Shown here: positions 18,582-28,258 of the stretch, in pieces
Layout of the letters: every line of letters begins with the position of its first letter
Numbering within the stretch: the stretch's first letter is position 1
Assembly: GCA_963837465.1 (NCBI GenBank)
Contig: CAWINB010000001.1
Location: 501,646-565,645, forward strand
Reading direction: 5' to 3'
Source: Candidatus Doudnabacteria bacterium
GTDB lineage: Bacteria > Patescibacteriota > Doudnabacteria > UBA920
Length of the DNA stretch: 64,000 bases
Program-made: the position numbers and the translations under genes
The notes under the pieces: generated by a model
Seen by the model: the letters and a program-made list of their open reading frames with translations, nothing else
What the model was told of the DNA's origin: nothing
The model's database searches: none

Positions 18582-18962
18582 TTAGTTTTTCACCTCCTGT
18601 TTTAACCGCTTGCGGAGTTGGGAAGCCAACTGGGCTTCTTGTTTCTTTAAAGCGGTTATAAACTCCCGACGGACATCGTGTCCGTCCGCCGCCGAAACCT
18701 GTTTGCGTTGTTTGAGACAACGTAACAGTTCGGTCAAGCGGTAAGCTTCTTCCGGCGTATCGGGGCCGGAAGCAACGAGCCGAACATCAGCGGCGAACTT
18801 TTCGGGCAACGTCACATAGAACGTAACGTTGCCGAGAGTGATGGCGGTTTTACCCTCGATGCTGACTTCAGAACCGGAGCTTTGCCCCGACTCTTCCATC
18901 ATATCGATTGGCTCGTCGCCATACTCTTCAGATAGAAGGTTTTGCCAATTGAAACTAGACAT
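18582..18962 (-). CDS. Hypothetical protein
   Basis: GGAGGTG SD; overlaps the helicase stop. Confidence 0.7.
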   Translation of the reverse strand: MSSFNWQNLLSEEYGDEPIDMMEESGQSSGSEVSIEGKTAITLGNVTFYVTLPEKFAADVRLVASGPDTPEEAYRLTELLRCLKQRKQVSAADGHDVRREFITALKKQEAQLASQLRKRLKQEVKN

Positions 18963-21042
18963 GGCTCACCTCCTGCGAAAGAGCAGACTCGGCAATCCGC
19001 CGGAATCGAGCCTCGGTGACACCGAGGACTCCGGCGACTTTGCCGCAGGTCCCGTTGGGCGGGAAGCCCGTTTGGGACCAGAGCGATTTAGCGATACAAC
19101 GGAGACTGGCGTCGTCAAACACCAACTCACTGTTTTCGCCTTCCTCGCTGATCGGCTTTGCGGCGCCGAATGTCGGGCCGCAGTTGCGGATGATGCGTTT
19201 GACCGCACTGCGCGGAAGGACGGAAGCCAGCTTTGCAGCCAGTTCCACCTGTCCGAACAGGAAACGATCAGCAACATCAGATTTGAATTGCCGCTGGAAT
19301 TCGTCGCTTGCGTTGTTGAAACGCAAGAACGAAAACGTAAGTTCCAGCAGTCGCGAGACGTAATCAACGAGCTCGCGAACAGCCCACGGCACTTTAACCG
19401 TGTAGGCTGTCATACCGAACGTGATCACTTGATCAACGATTTCGGGATCCATCTGCGCCTTATCCCGAAGGACATAGTTGGCGCAGACTTCGGTCAACCG
19501 CCGCACCCAGGTTTCGTATTCGGCGTTCTCGGAGCGACAAAGCTCCTCAATTGCCTTATACTCATCCGGATGCATTCCGAGCCGAGCCAGTCGTTGGCCT
19601 CGGTCGGTGAGCACGATCATCTTGCCGACGGGCATCGCGAATTGCTCCGCGATGAGCCGACGAATGATGCGCTCGAACTGCTCCACGAGTGGCTGGGTTT
19701 CAGCCAGCGTAGAGCCGAAGTAGGTTTGCCGGAGAAACCCAACGAGTTTCTGCGCCGACGTGTAACCGAGCTGCATAAGCCCGGCAACGTGCGACGTAAG
19801 AAAATACTCGTTGTAAAGGCGGCTTTCGATTTTGGAAGCCTTCTGTTTGAGCAGAGACTCCTGAATCTCAACCACCTCAATCTCTGAAGTTGCTACCACC
19901 CAGCCGTAGCCGATGGTATCAAACTGCGGACGGCCTGCTCGACCGAGAGCCTGCCAGAAACGGCTTGCAGAAATGAGCTGACGCTCACCGCCGCCTTCCG
20001 GTTCCTGATGGATGCTCTCGATGATGACGTGCCGGGCAGGGAGGTTAACTCCCTGAACCAAGGTCTCGCAGCACACCACGATTGGAAGTTTTCCAGCCAA
20101 CGCAAGCTCAAATACAAGCTCACGCTCTTGCTGGGAACATCCGCCGTGATGTAGACCGACACCTTTTGGCAACGTAGCCTTAAGTGTGGTCGTAAAGTCG
20201 CCTGCCTCGTTAGGCAAGGACTTCGCCGAAGTTTCCAGTTCGCTATTGCCGTAACCCAGCCTCTCGGCTAAGTGTTCGGCAATTTTTCTCGCCCGCTCCC
20301 GATAAGGAGTGTAGACGAGAATTGGAGACTGGTCGTCGTTGTCGCGGATGTAATCCACAACTTCGGCAACCCGCGCTTCCGTGTTGGCGAATCCGGACAA
20401 TTGGCGGTTAGCGAGACCCTTGTTACCCTCGGTAAAAGCGACGTTGGTAATTTCGTCTCCGTAGTCATTGACATCGGAATCGAAATGCACCACACGAGTC
20501 ACCAAGGGAACCGGACGAACGTCCGACTTGACCACCGCGGCGTTGAGCCAGGCGGCCAATTTCGGTTCGTCCTGTTCGTGAATGGTGGCGGAAAGCCCGA
20601 CGATTCGGACTTTCGGGTAGAGCTGACGCAATTTGGTAATGATCAGCTCGGTTTCCGGATCGAGATTGTGAATCTCATCCAGAACCACCATTGGGCAGTG
20701 ATGCCCGAAGTTGGGGTCGTTGTGGAGGATGACGCCGAGTTTCCACGGCGTTAGAACCCTCATCTGCGATGAACGGAAGCTGCCGATTGAGAGGGAATAA
20801 TCTTTATTTCCCACTCTCACGTTAGCCTCCGGAAACCGCTGACGGAGCCAGTCGGCCTTTTCAAAACACAAGGCACGAGTCGGCTCTACTACCACGCCCT
20901 TACCGGCGATTTCCAAGCCGGTGAATCCGGACTCGGTCTTGCCAGCGCCAGTCGGGGCGATAACTAGGATGTTTCGGTTGGTATCGCGCAACAGGTTTTC
21001 GGCCTGTTGCTGATACTCGTAGAGAGTGATGTTGGGTGTCAT
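18955..21042 (-). CDS. Ski2/Hel308-like SF2 helicase
   Basis: APTGAGKT, DEIH, GLSAT, HHGG, GVNLPA, QALGRAGRP; GAGGAGG SD before MTPNITLY. Confidence 0.9.
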   Translation of the reverse strand: MTPNITLYEYQQQAENLLRDTNRNILVIAPTGAGKTESGFTGLEIAGKGVVVEPTRALCFEKADWLRQRFPEANVRVGNKDYSLSIGSFRSSQMRVLTPWKLGVILHNDPNFGHHCPMVVLDEIHNLDPETELIITKLRQLYPKVRIVGLSATIHEQDEPKLAAWLNAAVVKSDVRPVPLVTRVVHFDSDVNDYGDEITNVAFTEGNKGLANRQLSGFANTEARVAEVVDYIRDNDDQSPILVYTPYRERARKIAEHLAERLGYGNSELETSAKSLPNEAGDFTTTLKATLPKGVGLHHGGCSQQERELVFELALAGKLPIVVCCETLVQGVNLPARHVIIESIHQEPEGGGERQLISASRFWQALGRAGRPQFDTIGYGWVVATSEIEVVEIQESLLKQKASKIESRLYNEYFLTSHVAGLMQLGYTSAQKLVGFLRQTYFGSTLAETQPLVEQFERIIRRLIAEQFAMPVGKMIVLTDRGQRLARLGMHPDEYKAIEELCRSENAEYETWVRRLTEVCANYVLRDKAQMDPEIVDQVITFGMTAYTVKVPWAVRELVDYVSRLLELTFSFLRFNNASDEFQRQFKSDVADRFLFGQVELAAKLASVLPRSAVKRIIRNCGPTFGAAKPISEEGENSELVFDDASLRCIAKSLWSQTGFPPNGTCGKVAGVLGVTEARFRRIAESALSQEVSHV

Positions 21043-21043
21043 A

Positions 21044-21823
21044 CTACTGCACCTCCTCGAGGGTTTTGAGACCCTCGCCATTCAGCACTCTCTGCGGCCC
21101 GCCAGCCTGAACCACCTCGCCTGGGAGAACATCCCGGAGGTTGATGAATTCAAACGAGCGAGCGTTGCCATTGTTTCCAATGGTGCGCCGAATGTGCTCG
21201 GCGCGAGCAAACGAAGAGACGCGGTCTTTCCGGCGGTCGTAGACCGTGATGCGATTGGCGATATCAATCGCCACCGCACCGGTCACCTCCCGTTCGGGAA
21301 GACTGCCGAGCATCACCACGACGTTGCCGCTGAACAGGACTTTATCTTGCTGTCCTTCCCAGCGAATATCGTAGCGGCTACCCGGCGTTGCAATCCACCA
21401 TACCCCGTTTTCATTCACCCCCTCAATTTTGGCGATAAACGCCGGTTGGGGGTTAATGATGGGCTCGGCTCCTTTCGGGCCGATGGTGAACCGCAGCTCT
21501 CCCTTCAGGTCTTTGACTTCGCCCGCGTCATGCGGGTAAAGACGAACCATCAGGTTGTCGCGCGACCGGCACTTCTTGCCGGTTCCGGCGTCGATGAAAT
21601 CGACGGCGGCCTCACTCTCCGCATGTAGCCGGTAAACTTCACCGGCCAAGGGGCGCTGACGATCGCGAATTTTCAGCTTTGACGGGAACATTCCCGCATC
21701 GCCGCTAATCGCAAACGTCGTCAGCTTCAGAACGTCCCCTGCCTTCATGTGCTGCGGGGGACACAAGCGGAGAGATTGAATCAGCTCCGCGGAAATCGTG
21801 ACAAAGGCTGTGTAGCGAGCCAT
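21044..21823 (-). CDS. Hypothetical protein
   Basis: AAGGAG SD; tightly packed in the operon. Confidence 0.7.
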   Translation of the reverse strand: MARYTAFVTISAELIQSLRLCPPQHMKAGDVLKLTTFAISGDAGMFPSKLKIRDRQRPLAGEVYRLHAESEAAVDFIDAGTGKKCRSRDNLMVRLYPHDAGEVKDLKGELRFTIGPKGAEPIINPQPAFIAKIEGVNENGVWWIATPGSRYDIRWEGQQDKVLFSGNVVVMLGSLPEREVTGAVAIDIANRITVYDRRKDRVSSFARAEHIRRTIGNNGNARSFEFINLRDVLPGEVVQAGGPQRVLNGEGLKTLEEVQ

Positions 21824-21843
21824 GACAACTCCTTACCCGAAAT

Positions 21844-21972
21844 TCAGACCCTCGGGACCGGGGGAAAGTAAGCCAATACTACGCCACCTTCGGCATTGAA
21901 CACTAGCCGGGGCGGATTATTTTTGAGCTGTTCCAAGGCGGCTTCAAAAGCCGTCTCGTCTTTCTCTTTCAT
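21844..21972 (-). CDS. Small hypothetical protein (42 aa, not in ORF track)
   Basis: GAGGTG SD; MKEKDETAFEAALEQLK..PVPRV*. Confidence 0.5.
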   Translation of the reverse strand: MKEKDETAFEAALEQLKNNPPRLVFNAEGGVVLAYFPPVPRV

Positions 21973-22027
21973 GACACCTCTTGTCCGATATTTCCATTTG
22001 AACCGTCGGACTGCGGGTCAATGCCCT

Positions 22028-22942
22028 TTACTTTCCCTTTTGGGGATCGTATTGGACAAGCCTGCCTTCGGGAATTTTTACGCGGTCTTTATTGTTAACA
22101 TTGACCACGAAAAACCCCCGCTTCCTAGACTTGAAAGCTGTTTCGGGTGTTATCCCAAACAGGTCTGCCAAGGCCTTCCCGGGCTTTCCTTTTTCTTCTT
22201 CCGTCAGATATACAACCCCAACGGCAGTAAGTAGGCCAGAAGCTTTAAAGTCAGGATGAAACCACCCCAACCTCTTAGCTCTCCAAGCGGCACTGCGAGA
22301 AATGTTGTAGCCTTTCGACTTCAACTGCTCCCACAGTGGATCTAGGGAAAGTTGCCGTTCGGCTTCGGTTAGGATTATCCGACCTGCTTCATCAGCAGGT
22401 TTGGATTTGCCAGCCATAAGCCGTTTTAGGCCACGAGCCATATTGATCCGTTTGGTCTGGTTAGGATCGGTTCTCTCCTGAAAAGGAAAAATCTCCGGGT
22501 CTTCCCCAACCATTTCGCGACAGGCCGCAACCATAGACTTTATTTGCGTCAGGAGTGCCGTAAAGGCAACATCCTTTTCTTCCGCAAGCTCAGCCACAGT
22601 TGATCCGGTTAGCCATTCAAGAAAGAGCTTATAGGCATCTTCCCCAAAGGCTTCCTGGACTATTATGGCGACCAGCGACCAAAGTTCTTCAATAATCGCG
22701 ATCCTTTCGGGATTGCGAAAATCAGGAACATACTTGGCCTCGATGTCAGTAGGTCGCATATCATCAGCACCCGGCAGGGCGGAGAATTGCTTCTCACCCC
22801 ACAAAGCACCGACCCTATCCAACCGGTCTTCCAGCTGCTGGTCTTGGTAAAGAGCAGTGATTTCATCACTCCTCTTTTTCTGTTCGGCCAAAAGTTGCTT
22901 GCGTTGTTGGCGCAAGGTTTCTTTAACGTTTTGCAGCGTCAT
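22028..22942 (-). CDS. Hypothetical DNA-binding protein (sigma region-4-like HTH plus two repeated HTH-like units)
   Basis: GSTVAELAEEKDV; ISRSAAWRAKRLGWF and ITPETAFKSRKRGFF repeats; AAGGAGG SD. Confidence 0.55.
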   Translation of the reverse strand: MTLQNVKETLRQQRKQLLAEQKKRSDEITALYQDQQLEDRLDRVGALWGEKQFSALPGADDMRPTDIEAKYVPDFRNPERIAIIEELWSLVAIIVQEAFGEDAYKLFLEWLTGSTVAELAEEKDVAFTALLTQIKSMVAACREMVGEDPEIFPFQERTDPNQTKRINMARGLKRLMAGKSKPADEAGRIILTEAERQLSLDPLWEQLKSKGYNISRSAAWRAKRLGWFHPDFKASGLLTAVGVVYLTEEEKGKPGKALADLFGITPETAFKSRKRGFFVVNVNNKDRVKIPEGRLVQYDPQKGK

Positions 22943-22949
22943 TTTCTAT

Positions 22950-24142
22950 CCTCCTTTCTTGAGCGTCAGGTTCTAAGACCTTAGTGCCCTGGAGGATGTG
23001 GACTCCACTATATATAGAGGCCATATCCTCCAAAGCATCGCTAAGAAAGAAGTTTGCACTATTGATTCTTTTTTTAAAGAACAAAATTTGGCAAAATAAA
23101 AACCCTGAAAAAGCTTCAGGGCTTAAATATTATTGCCAAACTTCAGACCACAATTATTTTATGGCCTAAAGAGTAGGGGCGAGAAAGTTGAGTAGACTTC
23201 TCGCCCGATTTGCACCGGGCTAAGTTTTTAGACTTGCTTCAGTGCGAGTGAGTGTAAGTTGGTTTCAATCCCTTCTAACGAGGACCTTATCTATGGCTCT
23301 GACTAACTAACATCAGAGTTGCAATTAAAACCATTGCTGCCAGCAAAGCAGCTCCTTGAAAGAATTAGGAATGATTCCAAAAAACTTCTTTCAAGATTGA
23401 GAACAAGAGAGTTTCAATCACTCGTCCGTCCGAAGACGGACTTGCCGTCTTCTCACCCAAAGGTGAGGACCGACCCCGAATGGGGCATTGATTGAGCTTA
23501 CTCTGCTGGCAGCGTGGTGGTTTTGTGATTTTGACTTAAACTTGCATCCCTGTAAATGGACAGTTTAGACTTTCACCAAACCACAACGCTGACAACAAAG
23601 ATCTTATTAGCTATTATCCCTCTTTAAAATTTAAATGAACTTTACGATAGTTCTCACTATGCCCTGTAAATATAGCAAGGACTGTTCCCCGCGTTTTCTA
23701 GAAATTTGGCCAATCGGACAGGTATCTTGGTTTTTGATATCTGATGATTTAATTGACCAACATTTTTTTGAAAATGCAGGGTGCACTCATTGCTAGGTAT
23801 CGGCAAGCGGCCAGAGGCGTCCCTCCTGTAAGGGACACCACTAAGCACTTTAATAACTTAACCGGCTTTAGCGGAAAGTCGCTCTTCCCAAATATTTCTA
23901 CTTGAGACGGGGATGTCTTTGGGGTTATTCACTCCCATCGCTATCCTTTAAGCAAGACTTTGTGATGTAAAGAACTAACTCTCCTCTGCACCGTCCCTTG
24001 CGGGACAGTGGTTTAATGGAGAGGAGACTGAAGGGGATGTTCCCGGTAAACTTCTATGGGCAAAGTTTATAAGGCTTCCCTTCATTCCTCTCTCCGTTAG
24101 CTATTTATTTGTTAAGGTGCTTTGCTTGGTTTTTTATGTTGA
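22950..24142 (-). ncRNA. ~1.2-kb highly structured non-coding leader or large ncRNA
   Basis: No credible ORF; upstream promoter; long stems, cUUCGg and GCAA tetraloops on the minus strand; boxA-like motifs. Confidence 0.55.
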
Positions 24143-24148
24143 CTAAAC

Positions 24149-24300
24149 AGTATATACCTAAATACTCAAAGCGTCAATACTATGCTGATAGTAATATAGC
24201 CCATTTATGATTATGCCTATAAATAAATACCTATTTTTGGCTTATTTTCATATATAAGTGTCAGAATAGACTTGACAACATTCTAAAAAGGGTATATAAT
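24149..24300. promoter_or_regulatory. Divergent sigma70-like promoters
   Basis: Minus TTGACG-17-TATACT (24177-24149); plus TTGACA-17-TATAAT (24272-24300). Confidence 0.75.
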
Positions 24301-24324
24301 ACTAATATAATTAACATTATTACT

Positions 24325-25134
24325 ATGGAAATCCCAAATATCGCCAAATACTTAGAAATCTTTGAAAAATTAGGCCTAAATAAGAACGAGGCCCAAATTT
24401 ACGAGCTTTTGCTTAACTCCGGCCCATTAGGCGTAAAACCCATTCTTTTTAGAACAAAGCTAAAAAGAGGGAACGCTTACTATCATTTAGATAGCCTAAA
24501 AGCTAAAGGGTTAGTGGAAACTCAGACAGAGCGTGGTAAAACCATATTTATTGCCAAACACCCCGAACAGCTAGAGCTGCTTTTGGCACAACAAAAAGCC
24601 GCCTTAGCGGCGGCGGAAGAAGATCTGCATAAAACCTTGCCTGGCTTACGGAGTATGTTTCAACTAGCCACTACTAAACCGGGGGTAAAGTTCTTTGAGG
24701 GCAAGGACGGGATTATCCAAATTTACGAAACCTTGCTGGCACAAAGCCAAAGTATTGATAGTATAGAAGACAAAGGGGAGATGGTTGGTTTTTTTGCCGA
24801 TTATGTTAAGGAGTTTATTGCCAAGCGCATTAAGCAAAAAATCTTTAACCGGGTTATCGCGCCTTCTGCCAGCCCCATTAATGTAAGTTCGCCAAAGGAA
24901 TATAGGGAAGCTAGGTTGTTGCCAGCGGGGCAATTTCCTTTCCGCATGGATATTAAAATTGTCGGTAACTTGGTTTCTTTAATCTCTTTTCAAAAAGATA
25001 ACCCTGTAGGTATATTAATTGAAAATAAGGAAATCGCAGAAAACTACAAAATGCTTTTTGAATTGTTGTGGAAATTTCTTGAGCCGAAGACTGGGTTAAG
25101 AACCACGCCTGCTCAAACCTCAAGCGGCCAATAA
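24325..25134 (+). CDS. TrmB-family transcriptional regulator
   Basis: LGLNKNEAQIYELLL..L..KGLV wHTH; KPGVKFFEGKDGI; IENKEIA..FELLW. Confidence 0.88.
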   Translation: MEIPNIAKYLEIFEKLGLNKNEAQIYELLLNSGPLGVKPILFRTKLKRGNAYYHLDSLKAKGLVETQTERGKTIFIAKHPEQLELLLAQQKAALAAAEEDLHKTLPGLRSMFQLATTKPGVKFFEGKDGIIQIYETLLAQSQSIDSIEDKGEMVGFFADYVKEFIAKRIKQKIFNRVIAPSASPINVSSPKEYREARLLPAGQFPFRMDIKIVGNLVSLISFQKDNPVGILIENKEIAENYKMLFELLWKFLEPKTGLRTTPAQTSSGQ

Positions 25135-28122
25135 AGTTTGGCTAGCTCTTTCTGCCGTCCTACCAGTTTTGTCTAAACTTTGCAAATATTGTGTATCTTG
25201 CATTACTTCCTTTAACGGTTTAATTTCAAAGCCGGGCAATTTAAATTTTTCAGCTAAATTTTTAGAAGATCCTTGTTTGGTGACAATCATAGCCAATGGC
25301 ACACGGTCTTGTCTTAAGTCTTGTCCTTCAAAGCCCGGGCCTAAAACAACCAAGGCCTCGAAAGGTTCGCGTTTTTGCGATAACACCGATTCAAGTTCAT
25401 GGAAACGATAGTAGTACCCGTCTAGGTCGCGGATGCTGTCGTCTATAATTACCCCTTGTGAAGCCATTCTGTCTGTTAAGTTGCTTAGAAATTCCGTATA
25501 TTTTTCTCCGCTGGCAAAAACGGTAGATCTTGTTGCTAATTCAACATCCAACTGATTTGGCAACAGGCGTTTGATATCGGATAAATCTCCAATCATAACG
25601 TTGGCCGGGAAAGCTTGGATGAATTGATGATAATCGGCTTCTTGCCAGTTTGGCCTCAAGTAACCGGTAATATTATTTTCTAAAGCATTTTTAGCCTTCT
25701 GAAATGCTGGTGATTGGTCGGCAACTTGTATTTTATAAGGATAAGTCGTGTTGCCATTAGCGTCACGAACGCTGGTTTGGTCAGGAACGGCTTGAGCCAG
25801 ACGGAGATTTTCCTGTATTTGAGGTAGAATGGTTTTTAAGGCATTAATATCAGTAGCCAAAGACTTTCTGTATTCAGGATTATAAGAAAAATTATCTTTT
25901 GAGGTTTCACCTTTAGCAACTACAATACATTTATAAATAAAGTCCGCAAGTCTACTTCTGTCTTCGGCGCTTAATTCTAACCCTGTTGCAGCTTGTAGGG
26001 CTTCAAAGTCAATTAACTTTTCAACTACTGACGCGAGAGGGTAGTAAATTTTATCCGATAGGGCTAACTCATTATATAAATTGGCCAAACCCGCCCGTGC
26101 GCGTTCTTCTTTACTAACTCCGCTTCCAGGCCCTATTTCCAAAAGTTTTTGGTTGGGTTTTTGAGCGGATTTTTCTTTTAGAAAACCTGCGAGGTCAATA
26201 CCAAACCTTCTGTCATAGTCAGCCATGCTTCGGTCTACACGCCAATGAATTTCCGGAATCGGTTCCAGTCTGCCCATTCGGGCCAGTGTAGATAAAGTAA
26301 TGGCTCGTTTTTCAGGATCCTTGAGCAGGCCAGCCAAAACCAACGCTTGCTGACTTTCAAATTGAGATAAGTCAACTTCTTTTCGCTCCAACAGGTAAGC
26401 AATATCTTTAAATTGTGAACGAATGACTTGTTCATCCGGTCGGGTTTGTTGTAACTCAGCAACAAAACGGTTAACGGAATCTACAGATAAAGTTTTACTT
26501 CTTTTTAATTCTCCACCCAACTCTGACAGAAAATCTTTGGCACGGGACATTAATGAACTTTCTATATCTTGTTGGCTGTAATGAACGCCAGGATACTTTT
26601 GCCGCATTTCTGTAAACGCCGTAGCCGCGGTCTGTTTAGCAGCGTCTAAAAATTCATTATAAGTTGTAAAAATTGTATTCGCGGTATTTTTTTGTTTCCC
26701 AAGCTCTAAAATGGCGTGGCCTAAGTTAGTATCGTAATCCAAAGATAGAAAAGTCCTAACGCCCGGCAAACCATATTGTTTGGCAAATTGAGTCAGTTTT
26801 GCTTCGCTGGTTTTTTCCAAAAGTGCCCGTGCCAAAACGAGCTGCTCGGCCCAAGGCAGGTTGTGAATTCCAATGCCCGCTTCCTGAAAAAAGCTAGTGA
26901 CTTTTCCCAAAACAAATTCAGGATCGTCTAAAGGCCTGAGCCGTTTATAATATTCGGCAGGATTTTCTCCCAACCTAGGTTTTAAATAGCTAGTAATAGA
27001 ATATTCTCTTACCCGATCTTTCATTTGCTTCCCCCCTATAATAGTATTCGTGGAAACATTCTTTGCTGTTGGTTCTTGTCCTCGTTCAATCAAGCGCCGT
27101 TTAACAGATTCCTGAATTTGCCCTAATTCTTCAGAACCTAAAAGAGGAAATGTTGCAACTATAGTTTTCTTTCCCTGTTCTTCTTTAACGATTGCGGCTG
27201 TTTGTTTGTCTAAGAGCCTTGCGGTCATGTGTTCAGGATCAATTTCTATACCTGTCCCTACTAATTTTTGTCTCCCAACATAATAATTAGCATATTGTCC
27301 GTCAGCATTGGAGAAAGAAACGTTTGGAGCTTTAGGGTTTAACCTTCTTTCATGTACATTAAACTCCGCTGCGGTCCGACTGCCAGCCAAAACACGAAAA
27401 TCAGATCTTTGCAACAGTCCTCCTTCCAGCAAATGTGGTAAATACTTAGTTGCAAACTTTAGAGGGTTGCCATCAAAACTTAACAATTTTTTATCTTCCA
27501 CGGTCTGTGGCTTTATACCCGCGAATTCATGAATCATAGAGGCGCTAAAAGGTACGCGCTGGCCACTAACCGGATGGGTTACTATTAGCCTGCCATCATT
27601 ACCTCGTTCGGCTTGCCATTTGCGAAGTGTGGTCGCAATGGCCATTTCGGCTAAATTAACTTGCTCTCCAGAATCCAAAACAAATGCTCCCGTCCACGAT
27701 TGATGTTTTTGTCCTAATTCCCAGGGTTCCAATAGGGCGGATTTGTTTCGCTCTGCATAACTATTCTGTCCTGTTGCCAACAAATCTTCCACATTTGCTG
27801 GCGTTGCCATCACAGGTCGCGCTATAGCTTTTTCGGCCGGAGTATTTTCTGTTTCTGATTTTGCTAAGCCGTTTGTGGAAGCTAAGACTCTTACCATATC
27901 AGGTTGCGTCATTTTTTTACTTGCGACATATATTTCATCTCGGGATGACCAATGCTTTAATTTTTCAACATCAAAAACAGGCTGTCCTGCTTCATAAGCC
28001 AGAACGCCGTATTTAGCCAAGCCTGCCAAAACACCTGCTTTGGTTTTTTCCTGTCCCTTAGGTTGTTCGGCAGGATTGGTTTGAATTTCAGACTCTGCTA
28101 CCGAACCATATTCAGCTCTCAT
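25120..28122 (-). CDS. Large hypothetical protein with C-terminal SAM-methyltransferase-like region
   Basis: 1000-aa ORF; LLEIGPGSG motif I-like. Confidence 0.55.
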   Translation of the reverse strand: MRAEYGSVAESEIQTNPAEQPKGQEKTKAGVLAGLAKYGVLAYEAGQPVFDVEKLKHWSSRDEIYVASKKMTQPDMVRVLASTNGLAKSETENTPAEKAIARPVMATPANVEDLLATGQNSYAERNKSALLEPWELGQKHQSWTGAFVLDSGEQVNLAEMAIATTLRKWQAERGNDGRLIVTHPVSGQRVPFSASMIHEFAGIKPQTVEDKKLLSFDGNPLKFATKYLPHLLEGGLLQRSDFRVLAGSRTAAEFNVHERRLNPKAPNVSFSNADGQYANYYVGRQKLVGTGIEIDPEHMTARLLDKQTAAIVKEEQGKKTIVATFPLLGSEELGQIQESVKRRLIERGQEPTAKNVSTNTIIGGKQMKDRVREYSITSYLKPRLGENPAEYYKRLRPLDDPEFVLGKVTSFFQEAGIGIHNLPWAEQLVLARALLEKTSEAKLTQFAKQYGLPGVRTFLSLDYDTNLGHAILELGKQKNTANTIFTTYNEFLDAAKQTAATAFTEMRQKYPGVHYSQQDIESSLMSRAKDFLSELGGELKRSKTLSVDSVNRFVAELQQTRPDEQVIRSQFKDIAYLLERKEVDLSQFESQQALVLAGLLKDPEKRAITLSTLARMGRLEPIPEIHWRVDRSMADYDRRFGIDLAGFLKEKSAQKPNQKLLEIGPGSGVSKEERARAGLANLYNELALSDKIYYPLASVVEKLIDFEALQAATGLELSAEDRSRLADFIYKCIVVAKGETSKDNFSYNPEYRKSLATDINALKTILPQIQENLRLAQAVPDQTSVRDANGNTTYPYKIQVADQSPAFQKAKNALENNITGYLRPNWQEADYHQFIQAFPANVMIGDLSDIKRLLPNQLDVELATRSTVFASGEKYTEFLSNLTDRMASQGVIIDDSIRDLDGYYYRFHELESVLSQKREPFEALVVLGPGFEGQDLRQDRVPLAMIVTKQGSSKNLAEKFKLPGFEIKPLKEVMQDTQYLQSLDKTGRTAERASQTLLAA

Positions 28123-28258
28123 AAAGATATTATAACTTATTTTGGCTATAAATTAAATAGAAAACTAGGGCTTTTCCCTAGCTTTCAGGGGTCTAGACAA
28201 GGCACGTGGGTTGCGTCATCAATGTGTTGTAAGCCTTAATCATAGAAAGGAGCAACAT

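Noticed and set aside
18829-19887. 352-aa plus-strand ORF and other long shadow ORFs in the GC-rich island
   Set aside because: Antisense to the helicase operon with no recognisable motifs; expected in GC-rich coding DNA
23262-23419. CRISPR array
   Set aside because: Only one full and one partial repeat-like sequence, 149 bp apart, with no regular spacers and no cas genes; kept only as a solitary-repeat candidate
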